Assembly (NCBI RefSeq): GCF_001194135.2 | Contig: NC_068989.1 | Location: 95,802,746-95,866,745, forward strand | From: Octopus bimaculoides | Taxonomy: Eukaryota | Direction of reading: 5' to 3' | DNA length: 64,000 bases | In this document: positions 39,209-49,121 of the stretch, piece after piece | Layout of the letters: every line of letters begins with the position of its first letter | How positions within the stretch are numbered: position 1 is the first letter of the stretch | Translations under genes and position numbers: made by a program | The notes under the pieces: model-generated | Told to the model about the DNA's origin: nothing | The model's input: only the letters and a program-made list of their open reading frames with translations | The model's database searches: none

Positions 39209-40681
39209 AGAGAGAGATGACATCCTCACACGTCGTTTGGCGTTAACGATAAACATTTTAGAAGTGGAAGATTAATGGTGAATCCCACAGAAACATTAGT
39301 TTCACATAATAAAAATAAACAATAAATAAACAGACAAGAATTTAGCCCGAATCTACCATTAAAAACAAGAAGTGGAGAGTGAGAAAATGCTTCGAATTAT
39401 TCGTCTTCAATTTCATTGCAAACTTTGTAACAAGACACGAAGTGGATGTAAGGAAGGAATGGTGTTACAGAAAGCCTTTCGGTTTCCATAGATTCTTCGA
39501 ATATTTCAGCTTATTTCTCAATAATACATTCACATATGCAATATACATATATGCAACATACATACATACACACACACACATATATATAGATTACTTGATG
39601 ATGACTAGAAAACTAGTACGCAATAATACTTATAGAGTGGAGTATATTTGTATATTGAATGATTAATTTGCCAGAGTTTGGTGTAGAGTTGGGTCCAGGT
39701 TCTGAGGGATCGGAATCGTCTGTGTATACATAGACAAACACATATGTACACTCACATCAATGTTTTTTCTATGTATATATATGTGCGTACATGTGTGTAT
39801 ACGCACTCATACTACATATACACATTACACGGAGGTTTATTTCACGACAACAGACAACATTGTTGTTGCAGTTAAAAACTAAACTTTGCATGAATTCTCG
39901 ATCTGTCTGCTGTTTTCTGTGTTAAACACTTGCATACGTGTGTATTTTGTAAACTACAATTCTTTTAATGGATCAGCTACAACCAATTGTCACTCATATT
40001 ATTATTATGATACCCGTTTGTGTTGTTATGAGTTGTGTAAATAAAAACAGTGCCAAGTTTTCCGCTGCTGACGACACACCTCGACATGGTGCAAGAAAGA
40101 GACACACACAGACACACACACGCGGATTTAAGGAATGTGCTTCCAATAAAATGCATCAATATTTGCTGAAAAACACATGGTTTTTCTCCAAAATGTTGCG
40201 AAACAAATTATGGTGTGTGTCTATATATGAATGGAGCTAATGTCATATGAAAATAATATATTTTATGCAACAAATGTCATCCTAGAAGATGTGACATCAG
40301 ATTTATAATCATGTCATAAATGTAGTTATTATATATGCCATATACTCATGTCATATATATATACACATACATATATAGGCGATCGCCCATATATATATTA
40401 TATTATATCGTGTGTGGTGCAGGTATTTACTTGCCATTTGTTCAGCAACAAACTTTATCCTTGTTTGGAGACAAAAATGTAAGGATCACATAAAAGTTAA
40501 GAAAGGGATTGTTTAAAATAAGACATAGACTAATCGATGAATGTGCCGGGGTTTTATTTCAGTGAAAAAATTCCTGTTTAAATACAATAAATATTTTATA
40601 AACAGATTGTAAAGATGGACAAGTGCGTTGTGTGCGATGATGTATAGATATTAGATATATAGATGTGTGTGGTTTGCCTAC

Positions 40682-40820
40682 CTGCCAACTGTTGAACCCT
40701 GGCGTAATCTTCTCGACTTCGTGCCAGTCTCCTCCTCACAAGTAAATATCCCGTGTAACACGTAAGTAGGAAGTAAGCACCAAGAATAGAGTAAACAACT
40801 TTCCTGAACGATACCCTCAT
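40682..40820 (-). CDS. RXYLT1: First coding exon of a ribitol-5-phosphate xylosyltransferase 1 (TMEM5)-like type II membrane protein
   Basis: ATG at 40820 gives MRVSFRKVVYSILGAYFLLTCYTGYLLVRRRLARSREDYARVQQLA(G): short basic N-terminus, one TM helix, then RRR. It aligns by eye with the human RXYLT1 N-terminus ([33 protein letters not shown]). It ends at a phase-1 donor CAG|GTAGGC at 40681. Downstream exons were not identified, so the identity rests on 46 aa. Confidence 0.72.
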
Positions 40821-42139
40821 AGTGTCGCCATCCCCAGACGAAATTAGTGTCGTCTGCTTTACTTTCAAGTGTTTCTTTCGATGCCAAAATTATTAAAGAT
40901 TTTTTTATACTCTGTATAGAATTTAGGTTTGGATCATTATGACATTAAATTTGCTCCATTCACATCCTGGAAATTTTGGTTTTGAAAAAAAAAGAAAAGA
41001 TTTAAAAAGCTGAGTAAGAAATAAAATAAAAGCAATGTTCGGCTTTCTCCGTCTTTGTTACGATTCGTCCCCCGACTCAACTGATTCCTTCCTTCCTTCT
41101 GTAACACATAAACCTCTTTCTAAACTATAATAATAATAATTTCAGACACACTGAAAGCTTGTTTTTGATCTCTCAGCTTTTTTTTTCTTTCTTTTCACAC
41201 ATAACACATATGCTTGTAATACTATCGGTTCCAGTTCAATAAATACAAATGCAAATCGTTGACGTTTTTCTTTCTTTTTCTTTCTTTCAGAGATGACACC
41301 AATATAAAGCTATAGCATCATCACGACTACGACTACTATCACTGTTGTTGTTGTTGTTGTTGTTAACGCAATTATTTTTCCTTTTGAATCCTTGCAAGGA
41401 TTTTTTTTTTCTTTTAAAACAAGCGATCTATCTCGTAAGCAGTTGCCGGTACTTGCTGAATGTGTGTCTGTGTACGTATGTATAGTATGTGTGTGTGTGT
41501 GTGAATGTGTATACTAGATATATAATTTACATGCAACACTTAAATATAGAATGCAATATACACCTTTAGCATTATTTATATACGTGTGTGTGAATGTATG
41601 TATGTATGTATTATATCGATTTCTTTGATGATAACGTTTGCTTTTCAGCAATGTTGTTTAGTTAGATGTTGTTGTGAAGTGTTGGTGGTAATAGTGGTAC
41701 CCCCAAATTGTGGTATTGGTGCTAATGTTGCTGGTGATAGTGGTGGTATCCCTCACTCCCGTGACACAGGTCCCCAGCAGCTCCAATAAAGAAAATAATC
41801 CTTTAAAAAAAAAGGAAATATACAAAGCTTATATGATCCGCTTACATTTGCATGCTTACACCAAAAGTGTGTAATAAGTCGTCAGAGGGGGGAATGTTGT
41901 ATTGTAGGCCGTGTATAGTTTAGTCGTGCAATCGCTTATTATTATTGTTGTATATATCATATATGAATATATATATTGTTGTTGTTATATATATATACAT
42001 ATATATATATATTGTAAATAGTCACAACTACTATCCTCCCTCTCACGGTTTTGACTGCTTGGCCGTCGTCGTCACAATTACTCTGGTTTGTCTTGCAACC
42101 GCCACCATGTCACTTGGAAGACCTGGATGGAAAAAACTC

Positions 42140-42800
42140 TGTCTTTCTCTCCCACTTTCTCTCTCTCTCTGTTATTTATCTCTAACCAAACAGGAGATCG
42201 CAGTATACTCAACTACCCCGACTGCTACTGCAACCACACTTTTCAGCTTTGCTTTTTACTTTCCTCTCTCTCTCTCTCTCTCTCACGATACCGTCAACAA
42301 ATTAGCTTTTCCTGTTCCAGTCCCGCCACCTCCTCTACCACCACCACCACCATCATTATGTTTCGGTTCTACATTTCACTTTACCTCCTACTCTTCTATC
42401 ACTCTTTCTCTGTCATTCTCATTACCTCCTACTCTTTTATGACTCTTTTCCTTTCAACTCTTTCTCTCTCTTTCTTTTTACCTCCTACTCTTTTATCACT
42501 CTCTCATTTCCTCCTTCTCTCTATCGCTCTCTTTTACTCCCTCACTCGCTTATTCAATTACTCACTTCTTCAATAAATTAACTCCTCTCTGTATTTACTA
42601 TCCTCTCCCTCTTTATATAAAACATATTAACTCTCTCTTCTCCTCCTCCCCTTCCTATCAGTAATGTCAACATCAAATTCACTCCTCACCCTCTCTCTTC
42701 TTTCATTACATCTCCATCATTCTCCCCCACCCCCATCGTTTTCATTCATATTTACAGTTGAGTTATTGCTTCTCTAAACTGTTGACTAAATTCTCCTTTT
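42140..42800 (+). repeat. Long polypyrimidine (CT-rich) low-complexity tract
   Basis: About 650 bp dominated by C/T on the plus strand, in the intergenic promoter region. Confidence 0.85.
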
Positions 42801-43606
42801 CTTCTCTCTATTTCGAAGGCTCGTTTGCTAGTTTGTTGAAGTGGATGAATACCCATAAATAAGTATCACCCAACATTTTTTTCCAAAGATCGCCACCGAT
42901 TTTAATCAATTTATACTTTCATATAAATCCCACCTACTCAAAAACCAAAAAACTGTATTTTCATACATGATCAGTTATAAAATAGAATACTTTTCTTTTT
43001 AATTTTTATGTGTAATCTTGCCCTTTCTGAAATTTTTGTTTTCTTTTTTAAAATTCAAAAGTTGCTACATTAAATGTTAACATTAACTTTGTTTTTTCAT
43101 ATGCATGATTTTGAGTTAAGTTTGTTTTTTTTAATGTTGATATTTGTAATAGCATTTGTGTATGACAGTATGTAAATACTTATGTATCATCAACTCTTCT
43201 GAATTAATTACATAAGGCATGCATTTCTAATATTTTTTTCTTTATTTTCACAAGACTAGTTTTAAAAAATAAAAGATCAGTGCTTCATAAATGTAAAGGA
43301 ATTTATTCCATAAAAACTACGGGAAAACAACATAATTCACTTTTTGGAAAACGACTGGTGAGATTGTTCAGTTTCATATCTATTTTCTATTCTTTCACTC
43401 CATAAATTTACAAAAAAGTATGCTCAATATTGACAATCATTTTTTTATTGTTAGAAGTAATCATTCTATTTGTTTATCAAATGACTTTTGACAAGATTGA
43501 ATTCATTTTCTGTGTTAATATTTTAATAGAACTGATTAGAATTAGTTGTTGTTGTTGTTTTCACTCACTTTCAAAAAGCTGAGAATGGGAAATCCCGTCT
43601 CTCAAA

Positions 43607-43623
43607 TGACGTTGTCACGTGAC
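43607..43623. promoter_or_regulatory. TGACGT (CRE-like half site) plus perfect palindrome GTCACGTGAC (E-box/CLEAR-type motif)
   Basis: TGACGT at 43607-43612 and GTCACGTGAC at 43614-43623, 28 bp upstream of the THUMPD3 ATG. Confidence 0.5.
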
Positions 43624-43651
43624 CCTACAAACGAGAGTACAACACTATAAA

Positions 43652-43852
43652 ATGGCGACCCCCATGAGTAGTCATGCTGTTTCTATGTTGACTGATAAAG
43701 ACGCCGACGAATGGTGTCAAGTACAATGCACCGTGTGTACCGGCTTCGAAAAAGTGGCCAGTGAGGAAGCCAAAGAAGTATTAGGTGTAGAAAAGGTTCG
43801 TGTCGGCCACGGACACATAGTGATACGCTTGCCCGTAAAGAACACGTCCAAG
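43652..43852 (+). CDS. THUMPD3: First coding exon of a THUMP-domain tRNA (guanine-N2) methyltransferase, THUMPD3-like
   Basis: aaaATGGCG start, 67 codons (MATPM...VQCTVCTGFEKVASEEAKEVLG...GHIVIRLPVKNTSK). This matches the THUMPD3 motif 'IGATVPTGFEQTAADEVREKLG...GKIYF'. It ends at a canonical phase-0 donor AAG|GTAAGC at 43853. The rest of the listed ORF is intron read-through. Confidence 0.85.
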
Positions 43853-44545
43853 GTAAGCGCCATTGCAGCTGTTTTGGCAACAATTTGTTTTACTAAAACT
43901 TCCTCTAACACTTCCATAAGATACTACTCATTATTCTTGCCTTTTTCAGAAGTACCCCTAAATGGAATAAAAATGTTGCAATGTATTTATTTATTAATTT
44001 ATTTCTCTTTCTCTGCCGTTTCCTCTAACACTTCGTTTAAACGTTGTTTGTTTACAAACATTCGACTATCGATCGAGTTACACCTCTCATATTTCTGTCA
44101 CGTTTAAAATGGATTAAAGAACGATAAAATTATCGTCGCTACTTCATTAGCATTTTTTTTTCTTTTATTGACTGTCAGAAAAATAAAGAATAAAATTTTA
44201 TTTCAGCGTGATTTTGAACTCTGAACGTAAGGGGTTAACTAATTACTGAGTTTCGCCCTACGTCCTAACTTTTCTAGTAACCTACTGTTAGGGAACAAGC
44301 ATTGTTAAGTTGAGGCAGCTGACAGCTCCCACTCGTAGTGTCTTCATGCACCTGAAGGGATAGTAAAAAAAAAAAAAAAAGTAAATTATGTTTACACTTG
44401 TGTGTCGCGAGTTAAAATTTTTGTCAAGAACTTATCTTAAAACGAAAGAGGAAGTGTCACTGTGGTGAGCTGCTAGCAATAAAATCCTCTTCAGGCCGCA
44501 CCCAACCTATCGTGGTATGCTTGTCACTTTGGCAAGTATCGTTAT

Positions 44546-44581
44546 GGTTACGGTTAGGGACGGAATTCCCTAACCGTAACC
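44546..44581. repeat. Perfect 15-bp inverted repeat of telomere-like sequence
   Basis: ggttacggttaggga-cggaat-tccctaaccgtaacc. Confidence 0.9.
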
Positions 44582-46665
44582 CTAAACCCTTCAAAAGAAA
44601 TCGCACTCTCTGTCTCTTTCGGGTTTACGACGTCGTTTCCCTCTTTTCCTCCAACACTTTTTACGGAAAAGGCCGACATTTCGTAGTGGTATTGAAAGAT
44701 CACCCAAGTATCTTCTACGGGAGCTGAAAGAAGCCTGCCGTGTATATGTGTGTGTGCGTTTGCCCCTGTAAGCTAGCAGTTCGACGAAAGAGACTGAAAG
44801 AATAAGTACTGGAGTTGATTCATTCTTCAAGTTGGTCTCCTAGCCTGGCTGCAGGCTGATGGCAAACAAGCACTGGGTCCAAAAGGACCAGTGCAGTTTT
44901 CTCTTTGCTACTGTTTAGACAGGGAAGAGCAGGTCACATGCCTGTTTCACATTTTTCTCAGGAGCTGCCATTCACTGGTGCATGAAAATGAAGAACATAT
45001 CCTCAAACCAGATATCTGGCTTGCTTCCATGCAACAGGGCATTCTGGCTAGGCCTATGGTTTGTGGCTACTACTAAAAGCACCCATGAACCAGGTGGTGG
45101 TATAAAACTGACCACCACTTAAGTCTATAACCCCAAAATTCCATCACAAAATGCGCTGTAACCAATTCCTTGCTGCTTCTTTCTAACAATTTCATCAATC
45201 CACTGGTCTGTAAAGTTGGCATTAGTCAGTTTTGAACTTGAAGTGCAGAGAGCTGGAACAAATCCCGCAAGGCATTTTGTCCTGTGCTCTAATGACTCTG
45301 CTAATTTACTGCCTCTGAGCTAAACAGCATCGTCATCATTTAACGTACCTTTATTCCTAAAAGTATGTCTAAATCTATTAAAATTAGGCTAAATAAAGTA
45401 ATTGATAAGACTGATGAAAACTCCAAAATCCAAGTTGATTAAAAAATAACTTGGAGACCTAGAATGGGAATGAGTCCTTTTGTTGGTACAGCTACAACTG
45501 CTCTGAAAATTGGTAGAGAATATTATGATTATCTGGGTGGAAAATGGTCACCAATCAGGCAATTACAAATTAGCATGTGAATTTCCCAGGGAAGCCTTCT
45601 GCATGAAAGGCGTAGTTAAGTGTAAATATAGCAAGCCAAATAGGTATAAATAACCAATTAAAATGAATTAGACAGTTAAATAGAAGTTAACATAATGTAG
45701 TCAACTAGAAAAATATTTAATCAAAATTTCACCTGAAATGGAGTGAAGATCATTAGTTTTAATTATAATTTATCAAGAAAGAAATGGAAGATAATTCTAA
45801 AATCAAAATTAGATGCATTGGAGTGAGGGTGAACTGCATGTTTGTTCAATATATATAACAATGCTGGACACGTTTTAGCTTTAGGAAGCTTATGATGACA
45901 GCAGGAAACTTTGTGAGCTGGACAAGGTATCACAGTCATCAGTTTAGTTCTTAATGGACTAAAAATTGCAATCCCATTGAAATTTTTAGCTTTGTCAAAC
46001 ATAACTTCTCTCACACATCTGAGAAGCTTGATGAAGTCCACTCTGTTCATTCTGTTAAGTGGTTTTTATTAGAAAGGGCATCCAACTGTGAAAACTATGC
46101 CAAGCCAGAAGGAAAGGAACAGAGACATCATAAGGTAGAGTTACAACCTTTTATAGTTCCAATGTCTTGTCCTGTTTCTCAAGCAATTATATCACACTAC
46201 TTCATTTAGTCTAACTTGGGAAATGCTGCATTTTGATTTCGCAATTTTAAATTGTGAGCAAAAGAAATACTATTTAGTTTGATACAAATACACAATAACA
46301 CCAGCAACATCAATACTTCATACTATCATTCAAAATTGGTGTAAAATGAAAAATCTAGATGCATAAGAGAGAATGGAGGGGAGGGGAAACATCATGGGTG
46401 GGTTGTGGGGTGAAGGCATGGATCTTACTTTGTTGGGCAAATTTTTTTTATATCTATATACTATGTGAAGTTCAATCTTGCTTGCAGTGTTACACAGCCA
46501 AACTGGTGCATAATGGGAAAATACTCTGAAAGTAAAGTGCCCCATAAATGTGAATACAAACAGAATAAAACAAGTTTCTCGTAAATTGGACCAGTAGTTA
46601 CTGGGATATTTGGGGTTTTGGGGGTATGAATACCCAAAACGATGCGTTCGACGTGTCTCACCTCC

Positions 46666-46783
46666 AAAGATTTGGCTGCTATTTCTTACACGCCATGCTA
46701 CCACGAACAGCTATTTGCAATAAAGGAACCAAAATACCCGTTACGTGGTAGCAGAGCATGCAAGAAATAGCAGCCAAATCTTT
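46666..46783. repeat. Fold-back of two SINE-tail fragments (arms about 40 bp)
   Basis: aaagatttggctgctatttctt...tgctaccacg / cgtggtagca...aagaaatagcagccaaatcttt. Confidence 0.85.
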
Positions 46784-46891
46784 CCTTTTCTGAGGAAAGG
46801 AGCCCAATTTACATGTGATTTTGATGTCATATTTGTTGAAAGCTTACGAAATAACGTGCAAAAGAAGAAGAAAAAACCCACGCAACAAAAC

Positions 46892-47070
46892 TCCATTGCA
46901 GCAGCTGGCAAATATTCCCTTTGATTGGAAGGCTAGTCCATTGCAGCAGCTGGCCAATATTCCCCTTATCAGAAGACTAGTCCATTGCTGCAGCTGGCCA
47001 GTGTTCCCTTTGATCAGAAGGCTAGTTCATTGCAGGAGCTGGCCAATATTTCCCTTGTCCAGGAGGCTAG
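46892..47070 (+). repeat. Four 44-45-bp tandem units adjoining a reverse SINE head (47071-47215)
   Basis: Units start tccatt/ttcatt at 46892, 46937, 46981 and 47026, with a fifth start at 47071. Consensus tccattgcagcagctggccaatattcccYtgatcagaaggctag. Confidence 0.88.
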
Positions 47071-48874
47071 TCCATTGGAGGGTCACCCATTTACCTCTGA
47101 ATTGACTGGAGCAGTATGAAAATGCTTTATCTCAAGAACACATGCCACTCAGTTCGGGAATTAAGACCCTGTTCTTTAGATATTGAGTGCAACACTCTGA
47201 CCACAAGGCCACACACATACATTATTTATAAAACGTGCTTTTCAAAAAATGTCTCAGAAAGTTTGCCTCTTTCCTATAAGCACTAAGTGTTTATAAGGTC
47301 CAGTATTACTGGTATGGAATGGTTCAAGACCTGGATAACCAAAATTGAAGTACATCTTAAGTTTGTGCTCCTTATAAGTTATCAAATATGGTATATATTT
47401 ACAATATCCACCCACACACACATGCATGCTATCTAGAAGATTTCACTGACCAGACATTGGTTAGTGGAAAATACTTTCTTAAAGAGATTCACTGTGGAAT
47501 CTAACCCAGAAGCACAGGGTTGTAATGCAGTAACACTGCCCCTTTCCCTCTCTCTCCTTCAAGGCTATCGCTGTGCTCATTGCATAATTTTGAAGTGAAA
47601 ATCTCAAGTTAAAGACTGGAAACATTATATAAACAAGCAGCAGGTCATAATTTCATGTTATTCGAGTCTCATTATCTCCATTATACTCAAGGTGTTATTT
47701 ATCTTGTCTGCATTTAGTCATGAAAAAAATAGATTGAGAGTGATGTCTAGGTTTTGGCAATAAAGCACAAACATTACAGAAGCAACCACACATTTTTATA
47801 ATTAAAAATTCAGTTTATGTAAAAATATCTCATCAGCAGAATTATTATTTCACAGCTTCCAGATGAGAAGAAAACTGATTCATTTTGCCATATGTTTCTA
47901 ATAGTCTGCTTTTATAAGTCTACTCTGAATTAATAAGGAAAACTACTCAGCAGTGAATAAATCCAGGAGAGTTTGTTGCATTTGGTTGATGGGATGATTA
48001 GGGAGAGTATATGTTTTGAATTGTCATCCACTCATACAACTACAGCTCAAGAAATTATCCCCTTCTATTCCTCCTATCATACAAACGTTTACTGTCCAAT
48101 TTTCCTTGCTTGCAGGGATCTCACAGAATTTGAGACAGATTTTCTTTGGCTGGATGCCCTTCCTGAGCACCAACCCTAACCTTTTCCCATGCCTGGTATA
48201 TACCCCCGCCACCATATCTACTGGATATGTTTTTATGAAAGATTGGAATCTATGTATTTGTATACGCTTGTACACACGTGTGTGTGCAAATAAACATTTT
48301 ATATAGGCGCATGCACATACAGTGTGTTCCATTAATAGGTTTAATCAGCCTAGGGCTGTAGCAGAAGACACCCAAGATGCCACATAGTGGAATGGGATCA
48401 AAAACCATGTGGCTGGAATCAAGCTTCTTAGCCACTCTGCCATATAAAAGGAAAATTAATAAAATCCCCAGATTGGATTGTCTTGTGAACTTCAATTGCC
48501 TGCCATATACTACACCCACCCACAGTTATTAGACTTAGTTACTAAATGCTGTTTTATTAATTCTGAAGGCAGCCACATTAGGTTCCAACATGTAATAACT
48601 CATTCATTTTTGTAAATAACTATTTTAGAACTTTGAAGTTGTATGGTTTTACTCTGTGGAATTGGTTTATAACTCGGGTCTTCGTTGGGATTATTGATCA
48701 TCACTTTAGACTTTCACTGATGCCATTGTCATAACAATACAACTTGAGTAGGTAATTATTTATTACCATGATGATTTAGTAACTTTTTTTTTTCTTCATC
48801 TCGACGCATCGACAGCTTTCTAAAACAAAACAAAACTTCATATTAAAAAACACATGAAAATATAAGATAGCATA

Positions 48875-49121
48875 GATGCAGGCTTGGTTAAGAAGCTTGC
48901 TTTGCATGGTATCTTGAGCAAGTATCTTCTAGTATAGCCCTGGGCTGATCAGAGACTTGTGAATGGATTTGGTTGACAGAAACTCATTATATATATAAAC
49001 ACACACAAAGACTTCTTTCGGTTTCCATCTACCAAATCTACTCATACAATGACTTTGATTGGCCTGGGGCTATACGAGAAGACACCCAAGGTGCTATGGA
49101 AGCTTCTTAGCCCCACAGCCA
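48875..49121. mobile_element. Inverted pair of family-D SINE fragments around a TA/CA microsatellite
   Basis: The left arm tcttctagtatagccctgggctgatc...ggatttggttgacagaaac is mirrored by gtttccatctaccaaatct...ggcctggggctatacgagaaga. Confidence 0.75.

Larger units (their letters stand above)
40821..43651. promoter_or_regulatory. Divergent (head-to-head) promoter/5'UTR region between RXYLT1-like and THUMPD3-like genes
   Basis: The two ATGs point away from each other 2.83 kb apart inside a CpG-retaining region. A possible minus-strand acceptor (tacag| at 40912-40913) suggests a further upstream non-coding RXYLT1 exon. Confidence 0.6.

Noticed and set aside
42101-42442. Perfect Kozak GCCACCATG opening a 111-aa ORF in the intergenic region
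   Set aside because: The ORF runs through the CT-rich low-complexity tract, which lacks stops by composition, and the product is not protein-like.
43853-44107. Continuation of the 162-aa ORF past AAG|GTAAGC
   Set aside because: Intron read-through; THUMPD3 similarity stops at the donor.
45763-46050. 95-aa minus-strand ORF after a cttaacag acceptor; also a fleeting cytochrome-b/NUMT resemblance on the plus strand
   Set aside because: No recognisable domain, no convincing donor, and the mitochondrial similarity was too weak. A blastx would settle it.
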